Part shown: positions 15,465 through 24,108 of the stretch, piece after piece | Numbering within the stretch: position 1 is the first letter of the stretch | Layout of the letters: each line of letters begins with the position of its first letter | Source: a virus | Taxonomy: Duplodnaviria; Caudoviricetes | Strand: one strand, 5' to 3' | IMG/VR virus record: IMGVR_UViG_3300030330_005067 | Location: 1 to 36,857 of that record | Length of the DNA stretch: 36,857 nt | Program-made: the position numbers and the translations under genes | The notes under the pieces: model-generated | What the model was told of the DNA's origin: nothing | What the model saw: only the letters and a program-made list of their open reading frames with translations | Database searches by the model: none

Positions 15465-15896
15465 ATGATTGAGTGTAAGAAAGATCTTATTAAGAATAAA
15501 ATAGGCATAGGTAAACTTGCTTTGTGTGTAGAGATAGACCGCTCATATCTTAGCCGGATTATCTCAGGTAAAGACATATGTGATAAGAAGTTAGCCGTTA
15601 ACCTCTCACGCTTTGCCAACGTATGGACCGAGTACGATGTATTTGAGCCAAACGATTTTAACCCTAACCTAAACCCTAACCTTAAGAATGTATGTGATGA
15701 GGTTTGCTTTGTGGTTACTGACCGCGTCAACGGTCGGAATCGCTCTGTTAATACATACACATCTAAAGAACTACATGAGCTTTATGCAGATGACATAGAC
15801 TTCATTCAGGCTCTACATAACTGTGTGAGTGTTGATGGTGTCCACTGTGTACATAACCGCTATTTAATTGAACTAGGAGATAATGACAATGACTGA
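15465..15896 (+). CDS. XRE/Cro-like HTH transcriptional regulator
   Basis: GKLALCVEIDRSYLSRIISGK HTH; ATG at 15465 after AAGGT. Confidence 0.7.
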   Translation: MIECKKDLIKNKIGIGKLALCVEIDRSYLSRIISGKDICDKKLAVNLSRFANVWTEYDVFEPNDFNPNLNPNLKNVCDEVCFVVTDRVNGRNRSVNTYTSKELHELYADDIDFIQALHNCVSVDGVHCVHNRYLIELGDNDND

Positions 15897-16173
15897 GAAT
15901 CTAACTAACAAACAACTATTGACCCTGTGGGCTTTATGCTACATCGCCTTCTTTGGCTCGATTATCGCTTATGCTGCTAACTGTGCTCCTGTTGATGATG
16001 CGCGTGAGTGTGCAATTCAAATAAAGGACCGTCTTTCACCATATCAATCACGTGTGTTGATGGGGCATGGTTACACTTACAGATCAGCTTTATCATGGTG
16101 CCATCGTAATGAAGACCATCAAGAGCTTATTGATCAAGCTCAATCAACTATCCCAATGTTCCCAGCTCACTAA
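15883..16173 (+). CDS. Hypothetical membrane-anchored protein
   Basis: N-terminal hydrophobic helix LLTLWALCYIAFFGSIIAYAA; AGGAG RBS. Confidence 0.6.
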   Translation: MTMTENLTNKQLLTLWALCYIAFFGSIIAYAANCAPVDDARECAIQIKDRLSPYQSRVLMGHGYTYRSALSWCHRNEDHQELIDQAQSTIPMFPAH

Positions 16174-16190
16174 GAAAAGAGAGACTTACT

Positions 16191-17321
16191 ATGAACGCTA
16201 TTTACAAACCAGTACCTAAATCAATTTGGACCCCGTCCGATGTACAAGAGGCCATGAATATGGCTCAAGTGCTCGAACCAGCCAACCCACAAAACTTACT
16301 ACTTATTCACGCTGCACATGGCCATCACTTCAATGGTGATATGGGGCTTTGCATGAGTCAAGGCTACTGTCTAAAAGGTAAGCCCACCCTTAGCGCTGAT
16401 GCAATGGCCGGTATTTGTAGACGTTCTGGCCTAATGCGATATATGCAAATCACTGAATGGGATGAAACTAAATGTACAATGATCATGGCACGCAATGATG
16501 AGCCGGCTGATATTGTGCATACATTCACTTTTACCATCCAGATGGCTAAAAAGCAAGGGTTAACTCGTAACCGCAACTGGGATCAGATGCCTAAGCAGAT
16601 GTTAAGAGCTCGATGCCTTACAATGGCTCTGAGAGCAACTTTCCCGGATGCAGTTAGTGGCATTTACTCACCCGATGAGATTGCTGATAACACCCAGATG
16701 AACGACCATGAACGGGCCATGTTATCAGCTCATAGTCTTGGTGAGGAGTTGCACACCTCACAGCCACCTAGATCACAGCCACCAGCTGCACAGCCTCACC
16801 CAACCCAACACCAGGCACAGCAACAATCACAGCCTCCAATGATGAAGCCAGAACCAAATCGCTTACATGACTTCTCAACTATGGAGGGATGGCAAGCCGC
16901 TCTAGAATCCACTGGGATTGACTTGGAAGAAATTGTCGACTGTGTACAGCGATGTTCTCAAACACCCGTCAAGCTTATGTCACCACAGCATAGAGAATTT
17001 TTCTTTTATCGCTATGTGATGAGCCGGGCCACACGAACAATACCCCATGATCCTACCTGGTGGAGCGCAAAGCATAACGAGATTCAGAAGATGAGAGCAG
17101 AGGTTGAAAAGGACTATCCACTGTTAAAAGGCAACCAGCCGAGAACCTATGGTCATTTGTTCCAGCATGGTGCTTGGCACGAAACACTAAGAGTAGCTCA
17201 TCAGCTCGATAGAGAAGGCCAGAAGAAAGCACTAGGCATACTTGGGACTATGCACCCGGACGAGTGGACCGCCTATGATTTAGTGTGTTCATTTAAAGAT
17301 CAAGATAGCAGTAGTACTTAA
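16191..17321 (+). CDS. RecT/Redbeta-like single-strand annealing protein with C-terminal extension
   Basis: KGKPTLSA, AKKQGL, NW..MPKQMLRAR and FPDAVSGIYSPDE motifs; Q/P-rich linker. Confidence 0.75.
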   Translation: MNAIYKPVPKSIWTPSDVQEAMNMAQVLEPANPQNLLLIHAAHGHHFNGDMGLCMSQGYCLKGKPTLSADAMAGICRRSGLMRYMQITEWDETKCTMIMARNDEPADIVHTFTFTIQMAKKQGLTRNRNWDQMPKQMLRARCLTMALRATFPDAVSGIYSPDEIADNTQMNDHERAMLSAHSLGEELHTSQPPRSQPPAAQPHPTQHQAQQQSQPPMMKPEPNRLHDFSTMEGWQAALESTGIDLEEIVDCVQRCSQTPVKLMSPQHREFFFYRYVMSRATRTIPHDPTWWSAKHNEIQKMRAEVEKDYPLLKGNQPRTYGHLFQHGAWHETLRVAHQLDREGQKKALGILGTMHPDEWTAYDLVCSFKDQDSSST

Positions 17322-17726
17322 AGCCGCTGCACCTACTCCCACGCTCACCCACTGCCACACTTTAGTGTTTTCTTGGCTAGTTGATAGCTCTATCTGAGTA
17401 TCAGTAAGCTGAGATTGTAGAGTTTTAATCAGAGCCTCTTGATTTACTCTGGTGGCCTCTGCATCTGCTAAAGCTTCTCTTTGTGCTTCTATTGAACCGC
17501 GTTCACACTCTCCAACTGCTGAGTTGATGGCTGATCTACAGAAATCAGGAGAACCTTCAATCTTTTGTTTAGCACGTATAAAGTCGCCCACGCTCATCAT
17601 CATCATACGCTCGTTAGGTCGCTCTGTAAGCTCGATGGGAAAGCCAACCACCGGTCTACCACTACCCATATCAATCGAGTAAGAATCAGATGACCAGGGT
17701 ATTAAAAATGGTAGTAACCAAATCAT
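17289..17726 (-). CDS. Membrane protein, spanin-like (coiled coil plus C-terminal TM)
   Basis: Short hydrophobic N-terminus, coiled coil, WVSVGVGAAALSTTAILIF; last gene of the late operon. Confidence 0.45.
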   Translation of the reverse strand: MIWLLPFLIPWSSDSYSIDMGSGRPVVGFPIELTERPNERMMMMSVGDFIRAKQKIEGSPDFCRSAINSAVGECERGSIEAQREALADAEATRVNQEALIKTLQSQLTDTQIELSTSQENTKVWQWVSVGVGAAALSTTAILIFK

Positions 17727-18070
17727 TTCACTTTAACCTCAACGGCTTCACCACAAGCAATCTCTGAGCAGAGTTTTAAGCTCTCTTCAATTTTTTGAGT
17801 GCAAATACTTTCACATGATAGAGCTTTGTTAGCACACTGTTGAGCACACTCAGCAACATTACCAGCTCTAGACTTGATGAGCTTTTCTTTTAGCTGTGCT
17901 ACCTCAATTTTAACAGGGTCACACTCTTTACTAGCTTTCAGTTGCCCGTCTTCAAAGCCTTGCGACACACCGAAGACATAAGCAGACATAAGCAGAGAGA
18001 AACCCATGATTAAGCTAACTACTACCATCACTGACTTATCACTGATTTTATCAAAGTTTAGTGCAATCAT
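17723..18070 (-). CDS. i-spanin-like membrane protein
   Basis: N-terminal TM followed by a Cys-rich helical region; ATGA-coupled to the next gene. Confidence 0.45.
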   Translation of the reverse strand: MIALNFDKISDKSVMVVVSLIMGFSLLMSAYVFGVSQGFEDGQLKASKECDPVKIEVAQLKEKLIKSRAGNVAECAQQCANKALSCESICTQKIEESLKLCSEIACGEAVEVKVK

Positions 18071-18429
18071 CTGATATTAACTCTCACTAAATCGCCTGTA
18101 TTGCGTTGAGTTTTGCCAAGCTCATTAGGTAATATAACAAGCCTTGAATCGGACTGATTCACAACATAAACAGCTCCATTGGCAACACTTAAAGCACCGC
18201 CTGAGTCTGGTATTGATTGTGAGGCTTTTGCATAGCAAACACCAGAAAACACAGCCTCACAAGTCCAGGCTGTTACACCCTCTGATATTTCCCACTCAGC
18301 CGCGTCTGTTCTAGCTATGCCAATAACGTTGTTACCATTGGCTGCCAGTATCCACTCGTTAGTATTTGAATCAAATGATAAAACATCACCTGAAATAATT
18401 GTATTTGGGCATTTTACTCTGATAAACAT
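18067..18429 (-). CDS. Putative tail-fibre-associated structural protein
   Basis: 120 aa; GDVL...VIGIA...G...AKA pattern reminiscent of DUF2190. Confidence 0.5.
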   Translation of the reverse strand: MFIRVKCPNTIISGDVLSFDSNTNEWILAANGNNVIGIARTDAAEWEISEGVTAWTCEAVFSGVCYAKASQSIPDSGGALSVANGAVYVVNQSDSRLVILPNELGKTQRNTGDLVRVNIR

Positions 18430-18430
18430 T

Positions 18431-19081
18431 TTAAACCTTTAGCTTCCACACGTTAATAGAAATAAACTCTCTGGCAGTTTGCTCCATAATGTCAACAGTA
18501 CCAGAGATATTATCGACTATGAGCGCAAAAGTAGTTGAGCTAGTAATTGTTTTGATACCATAAACTGCATCACCAAACTTACCCTCAGTAGACACATGAA
18601 GACGATGAGAGAATGAGTTTGAGGTGTCACTTAGCTGTACATCACAACTATCATTACTAGTGAAGCTACTACCAAAAGCTGGTCGAATCATCCAAAGATA
18701 AGTACCTGACTCTGAAAGTGTTATATCTTGTTTCCAAGTTCCGTTACTTGTTAAAGGGCTATCAGCTGAGCTAGCTGCACTTAAACTCACTGATGAGTGC
18801 ACAAACTCATCAGGTTGAACTGATAATGTAGTACGCCAGACGAAATAATCACCATTAGAATAAGTACGTGACGTGGTGCCCGGATTAGCCACATAATAGT
18901 ATTTAGAGTAATACAGCCTTCTAGTCTCAGGAGTAAATGCTTGATTAGACCAACTAGCACCTCCATAAGTGGGAGTATGTCCATCGGCTGGCACAGAATC
19001 TAATAGATCCTGTAGAGACAAATCTACAGAGCCTTGCCTGCTTGGTTCTTGGCTATCAACTTTAATAATATTATGACTCAT
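18431..19081 (-). CDS. Putative receptor-binding/tail fibre tip protein B
   Basis: Starts MSHNIIKVDSQEP; beta-rich C1q-like pattern (ITLSESGTY). Confidence 0.55.
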   Translation of the reverse strand: MSHNIIKVDSQEPSRQGSVDLSLQDLLDSVPADGHTPTYGGASWSNQAFTPETRRLYYSKYYYVANPGTTSRTYSNGDYFVWRTTLSVQPDEFVHSSVSLSAASSADSPLTSNGTWKQDITLSESGTYLWMIRPAFGSSFTSNDSCDVQLSDTSNSFSHRLHVSTEGKFGDAVYGIKTITSSTTFALIVDNISGTVDIMEQTAREFISINVWKLKV

Positions 19082-19082
19082 C

Positions 19083-19712
19083 TCAATCAACTTTCTCGAT
19101 GAAGATAGATGAGTACTGAGAGGGTGTTGTCGTTTGGTTTGCTACGCTATCAACAGAGCTGACTGCTATGATTCTAAATACAAGCGTCTCAGTCTGAGTA
19201 ATCTTAAATGTAGATATTAAACTACTAAAATAGGAGTAGCTCGACAAAGATTCACCAATAGCCGCCCGGCCGCTTCTGTAAGCTGTGGCTGTGTTAGAAT
19301 AAAGCCTCCATTGAAACTCACCACTAGCACTAAATACAACTCTTGCATTAGAGATTATTGTGTATGTCCCAGCTGGTAAAGTGAAAGACTCAACCCAGTC
19401 TGTGGCACCTATTTTAGTAATGGATGCCCCGGTGATAGCGTTAATGGGTGTTGTATCATATAGATAAAACTCATCGTTAACAGCCAGTGAGGTTGCTCCA
19501 GAGTTAGAATAATTATCAGATTCACCTTGACCGATAAGCATATATTGAGCGTTATTTAGCGCGCTCGCTACATACTCAGAACCATTATATTTAAGAATAT
19601 CGTTAGTGCTTGGACTCGATGCATTTACATCACTTAAGTCAGTAACAGCTTGAGAAACTACACCCGTTCTTGCTGGCTCTTGAGAGTTGACTTTTACTTG
19701 ATTGTGACTCAT
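19083..19712 (-). CDS. Putative receptor-binding/tail fibre tip protein A
   Basis: Starts MSHNQVKVNSQEP (ATGA overlap with the fibre stop); DLSDV...DILKYNGS and FTLPAGTY motifs. Confidence 0.55.
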   Translation of the reverse strand: MSHNQVKVNSQEPARTGVVSQAVTDLSDVNASSPSTNDILKYNGSEYVASALNNAQYMLIGQGESDNYSNSGATSLAVNDEFYLYDTTPINAITGASITKIGATDWVESFTLPAGTYTIISNARVVFSASGEFQWRLYSNTATAYRSGRAAIGESLSSYSYFSSLISTFKITQTETLVFRIIAVSSVDSVANQTTTPSQYSSIFIEKVD

Positions 19713-22700
19713 ATGATCTCCCATCCATTCGAGCCGTTGCTTACTAAAGTGATAGCTGAGTATTGTACATCCATCGTGTAATCAGTGGTTGAGCCATCGA
19801 TAGTATCAGTACCCGGATCAATGGTTATCGTACCAGTCCCCATATTTTTTACTCGAATCTCTGAGCCAGCTGAGGCACCTGAGGCCGCTGGAAGAGTTAT
19901 AGTAAAACTGCCAGATGTACACGAGTAATGATAGCCCACTTGAGCGTTGGCCGGGTCAGCTGTGATAGCTGAATAAGTCCAGCCTCCACCTCCACTAGCT
20001 TGATCAACCCAAGCTAATTGAACAGTGTTAGGCGAGCCCCCATCACCCCCATCAGTTTTAAGCACTTGACCACTTGTACCAACACCAGTTGGTAAAATTA
20101 AGTTGTATGTTGCTGATGCTGAATGCGCAGGGCTTTGAATCTGTACACCATGACTATTTGACTCACAATTTAAACGAATAGCACCGGGATTAGTGTTTCC
20201 TTTTATCTCAACATATCCGGTACCGTTGGGAGCTAAACCGATATTAGCGTTTCCCGTTGTTACCAAGTCATTACCATTAAGATCTAGGTCACCTCCTAGC
20301 TGTGGAGTAGTATCATCTACAACACTCAGAGAAGCATCAACCCACGCTGAGCCAGAATAGCGCAAGTACTCACCAGCCGCCGCCGCTGTAATTGTTACAT
20401 CACTTAAGTCATTGATGGCCGCTGTGGATGCCAGAAAGTCAGTACTAGCACTAGTGGCCGCTGTGCCTAGACCAAGAGTTGTACGCTGAGCCGCTGCATC
20501 TGCATCATCGAGTAAAGCTCTACCAGCTGTTGTCAAGTCAGCCACTGCATAAGTGTCAGATGCAGTAGTATAGATCATTTTATCAGCCGCTGTAGTAAGG
20601 CCGCTTATGCTAGTTAGCCCAGCGTCAAGAGGTTGATAGCTCAAGTCATCGTTGAATGATGATAATGCTATTGAGCTGATATTGCTCGGTACCAGTGCTT
20701 TATCCGTTGCTGTGGCCGCTGTGGCTTCTGCGTTGGTCGCTATCTCGATGATCCCTTTAGTAGTCTCACTGGCATCTGAGGCCGTTGGTAAGTTAGTTAA
20801 CTGTGAACCATCCACCGCTGGTAATCGTGATGAGCCATCCAGCTGAACTACATCATTGGCTGTAGTACCTACATCCTGAGTAGCCGCTGTGCCTAGTCCT
20901 AAGGCTGATCGTGCTGCACCTGCATCATTGGTTGATACTAGTGTACGACCATAGGAAGTTAGAGAAGCTACTGCATAGGTATCAGAGGCAGTAGTATAGA
21001 TGAGCTTATCAGCCGCTGTCGTTAACCCACTTATACTAGTTAATCCAGCATCTAAGGGCTGGAAACTTAAGTCATTGTTGAATGATGATAATGCTATTGA
21101 GCTGATGTTACTCGGCACGAGTGCTTTATCTGTTGCTGTTGCCGCTGTGGCTTCTGCGTTGGTCGCTATCTCAATGATACCCTTAGTGGTCTCAGATGCA
21201 TCACTAGCACTAGGTAAGTTAGTAAGCTGTGAACCGTCAACCGCTGGTAATCGTGCTGACCCATCTAGCTGTACTACATCATTGGCAGTAGTACCCACAT
21301 CTTGAGTTGATGCTGTCCCTAGACCTAAGGTGGTACGTTGAGCCGCTGCATCTGCATCATCGAGTAGAGCCCGGCCTGCTGTCGTCAAGTCTGCTACTGC
21401 ATAAACATCAGAGGCAGTAGTATAGATCATTTTATCAGCCGCTGTCGTTAAGCCGCTTATACTGGTTAGGCCAGCATCTAAAGGCTGATAAACTGAGCTT
21501 AGATCATTGTTAAACGAGCTTAAGTTGATTGAGCTTAGTGCAGTACTTACAGCTTGATTAGATGCATCACCTAAGAAGATCTTATCTTGATCTAGGTTTG
21601 GGGTTGCTGCTGATCGACCAGCCCCACCAACTTTTATGATACCTTCTGTGGCTGAGGCTCTGACCACCTTACCAATATTCTGAATAAGATTACTCTCACC
21701 CGTTGGGGCTGTGTTAGTCAGTGCGCCGGCTGTACTACTCGACACATACACAGTATCACCAACACTTAATGAATAAGTAGTTGTGTTGTATGCTGTGAGA
21801 TTACCAAAGCTCACAACCTGAACCTCAGCTTGATCATTAGCATTAGAAGCCGCTAAGCCGAAAGCCGGCATAGTAGACGCGCTGTTTGAACGTGCTAAAT
21901 CAACCGTTGGGACATCTCCACTGATACCAGTAATGTAGACGGCTTGCCCCTTGCTGATTACTCCGCCTGAATCATTCTTGGCCTTGAATCGCACAGCCCC
22001 ATTTAGGTCTGAGAAGGTGGTGATATATCGCTTATCTTCTGAGCCTAGATTGTTCGTGTTGTTAGTCACTGGTACCAGGTCGGCACCAATCGTTATGTCT
22101 GAGCCTCCTGAGGTCGTGAGGCTAAAACCACCAACAGATGAAGTGATACCATTACCAACGGTATCTAAATCACTTGCAAGCTCAGGAGTTGCATCATCAA
22201 CCACAGCTGTCAAAGCTGTATCAAACGATAAAGTACCCGAGCCTGAGGTTTTGAGGAATTGGTTAGCACCACCGTCTGCCGTTGGGAATGTAATGGCAGA
22301 GTTGATAGTAAGCCCACCTACATCAACAGTGTTAGATGTGGTTGAACCGCGTGTTGTTACACTGTCGAGTGTGTCCGCTTCTGTATTGTCGATAACATCA
22401 AACATGGCTGAGGTAACTGGGTTAGCCGCGTTCTGATTAAATACAATATGGTCACCAACTGCCAAGCTAACGCCAGCCAATGAACCGGCAACACTCACTA
22501 TATAGAAGTCGCCTTTTAAGGCTGTAACTAGGCTGGGTGTTGATGTGGTTGCGTTATAGCTACCCTTGTATGTTAGCCCACCTGTAACACCGCCGAAAGA
22601 GATATTGCCACTGCCATCAGTTTTGAGAAACTCACCAGTCGAACCGTCTGAGGTAGGGAGAGTGTAAGCAGTACCAACACTTAGACCGCCTACTGTAATA

Positions 22701-22798
22701 GCGTTTGTAGTAGTGGCACCACGTCCGGTTACATCATCGAGGGTGTCCGTACCAGCTCCACCCCCACCGCCTGTAAATGTTTTGGCTTTGATTGTCAT
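19709..22798 (-). CDS. Long tail fibre protein
   Basis: 1029 aa, G/T/A/S-rich; ASETTKGIIEIAT, RTTLGLGTAA, PQLGGDLD and ITLPAA...IDG fibre motifs. Confidence 0.85.
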   Translation of the reverse strand: MTIKAKTFTGGGGGAGTDTLDDVTGRGATTTNAITVGGLSVGTAYTLPTSDGSTGEFLKTDGSGNISFGGVTGGLTYKGSYNATTSTPSLVTALKGDFYIVSVAGSLAGVSLAVGDHIVFNQNAANPVTSAMFDVIDNTEADTLDSVTTRGSTTSNTVDVGGLTINSAITFPTADGGANQFLKTSGSGTLSFDTALTAVVDDATPELASDLDTVGNGITSSVGGFSLTTSGGSDITIGADLVPVTNNTNNLGSEDKRYITTFSDLNGAVRFKAKNDSGGVISKGQAVYITGISGDVPTVDLARSNSASTMPAFGLAASNANDQAEVQVVSFGNLTAYNTTTYSLSVGDTVYVSSSTAGALTNTAPTGESNLIQNIGKVVRASATEGIIKVGGAGRSAATPNLDQDKIFLGDASNQAVSTALSSINLSSFNNDLSSVYQPLDAGLTSISGLTTAADKMIYTTASDVYAVADLTTAGRALLDDADAAAQRTTLGLGTASTQDVGTTANDVVQLDGSARLPAVDGSQLTNLPSASDASETTKGIIEIATNAEATAATATDKALVPSNISSIALSSFNNDLSFQPLDAGLTSISGLTTAADKLIYTTASDTYAVASLTSYGRTLVSTNDAGAARSALGLGTAATQDVGTTANDVVQLDGSSRLPAVDGSQLTNLPTASDASETTKGIIEIATNAEATAATATDKALVPSNISSIALSSFNDDLSYQPLDAGLTSISGLTTAADKMIYTTASDTYAVADLTTAGRALLDDADAAAQRTTLGLGTAATSASTDFLASTAAINDLSDVTITAAAAGEYLRYSGSAWVDASLSVVDDTTPQLGGDLDLNGNDLVTTGNANIGLAPNGTGYVEIKGNTNPGAIRLNCESNSHGVQIQSPAHSASATYNLILPTGVGTSGQVLKTDGGDGGSPNTVQLAWVDQASGGGGWTYSAITADPANAQVGYHYSCTSGSFTITLPAASGASAGSEIRVKNMGTGTITIDPGTDTIDGSTTDYTMDVQYSAITLVSNGSNGWEII
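20455..21520 (-). repeat. 426-bp (142-aa) internal tandem duplication, about 2.4 copies
   Basis: QPLDAGLTSISGLTTAADK starts at 21487, 21061 and 20635. Confidence 0.85.
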
Positions 22799-22806
22799 TG
22801 GTCACC

Positions 22807-23190
22807 TCAACTATTAAAGCCGGCTATGATTGTGAACTTGTCACCACCAGCCGCCTTCTTATATGCGATTGAAGTTACTGAAGTGCCGTTGACCAACGCT
22901 TGAACATCAACAGAGTATGAGCCCATGATGGGGATAACTCCATCTGTGTTACCGGTTCCATCACCAGCACCACCGGCCGCTCTGAGCTTACCAAAGCTGA
23001 CTGTGTTGGTGGAGCTTGAAACAAACTCGACATAAGCAAACTTAAGACCGGCTGATAGTTGTGTACCAGCCTGAGCATCATAAAAGTCAGTAGAGCTTAA
23101 ACTGTGCCAGTCTGTATCATTGACAGCTGAGGCATCATAGGCCGCTGCATAGCCACCGGCATGAATTGGATATTGAACGCCTAATCTCAT
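22807..23190 (-). CDS. Hypothetical virion protein
   Basis: 127 aa, G/A/S-rich, directly upstream of the fibre. Confidence 0.55.
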   Translation of the reverse strand: MRLGVQYPIHAGGYAAAYDASAVNDTDWHSLSSTDFYDAQAGTQLSAGLKFAYVEFVSSSTNTVSFGKLRAAGGAGDGTGNTDGVIPIMGSYSVDVQALVNGTSVTSIAYKKAAGGDKFTIIAGFNS

Positions 23191-23417
23191 GATGGCTTCT
23201 CCAGTCTTGAATCAGGTTGTTGTGGTTGAACTGGTGAGTAGCGTTTCGCTACTACATTGGCACCAGCATAAATAAAAAATAGGGTGTCGATTAATCCTAA
23301 CACATGAGTCTCAGCTTTTCCGCTGATTGCTAGGATGAAGGTTACTAAGAGACAAGCATAGAACGCGCTAGCTTTACGGCCTCCTAGTTTCTCTGATTGA
23401 GTTGTTTGTTCACTCAT
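23187..23417 (-). CDS. Putative holin
   Basis: 76 aa, two hydrophobic helices after GGRK; overlaps the endolysin end. Confidence 0.65.
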   Translation of the reverse strand: MSEQTTQSEKLGGRKASAFYACLLVTFILAISGKAETHVLGLIDTLFFIYAGANVVAKRYSPVQPQQPDSRLEKPS

Positions 23418-24108
23418 CTAAATCACTCGCTAGAATACGATAGACCCATGCTATTTGTGTCATTGGTCGCTCATGTTGAATTACACCTTCACCGCGTTCA
23501 CCGTTGCCTAGTATGCCCCATGCATTTCCTTCCAAAGTCTTGAAAGTGCCGTTGCAAGGTGGCTCTAAACAGATTGTGATGTGATCACCTGTCTTAGCTC
23601 TGTTACTGTTGAAAATGACAACAATGTCACCAGGTAGCATTTCCTCAGGTTCTACTTTGCGTGATGTATTAACCCAGTTGTTATACAGCCTATAACATGA
23701 TGGTAGTATCTTTTGACGTGCTGTAAAGTTGAGATAAGGACCCCAAAAATAAGCCGCAAAAGCTCCACACCATGCGAATTGTTTATTTTTTGTGTACTGC
23801 TTTTCCCATGTCCAGCCAAGACAATCACGACTTCTAATGTAATAGTCGATGCGTTCCCAGTTTTTACCAGGTGGTTCAGCTACAACTTGAGACCATTCTG
23901 CTAATGCACGCCTTATAAGTTCTGGTACTTGAGGTAAAACAGATGGTGAGACATTGGTTATAAGTCTCTCTTGCTGATAATCCCGGTCTAGTTCAGCTTG
24001 ACCAATGGCCCTATCGAGTCTTCTTATCTCATGGGCTTGTGCTTCATTAACTGCTTTGAGTTCAGCTAGCTGGTTTTCTAGCTGTGCTTTTGTAAGCTTG
24101 CTCATCAA
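23410..24108 (-). CDS. CHAP/NlpC-P60-type endolysin with N-terminal coiled coil
   Basis: AWCGAFA (Cys), PGDIVVIF, DHITI (His) and TLEGN motifs. Confidence 0.75.
   Translation of the reverse strand: MMSKLTKAQLENQLAELKAVNEAQAHEIRRLDRAIGQAELDRDYQQERLITNVSPSVLPQVPELIRRALAEWSQVVAEPPGKNWERIDYYIRSRDCLGWTWEKQYTKNKQFAWCGAFAAYFWGPYLNFTARQKILPSCYRLYNNWVNTSRKVEPEEMLPGDIVVIFNSNRAKTGDHITICLEPPCNGTFKTLEGNAWGILGNGERGEGVIQHERPMTQIAWVYRILASDLDE

Noticed and set aside
18431-22798. Diversity-generating retroelement acting on the fibre repeats
   Set aside because: No reverse transcriptase; differences are synonymous rather than adenine-specific
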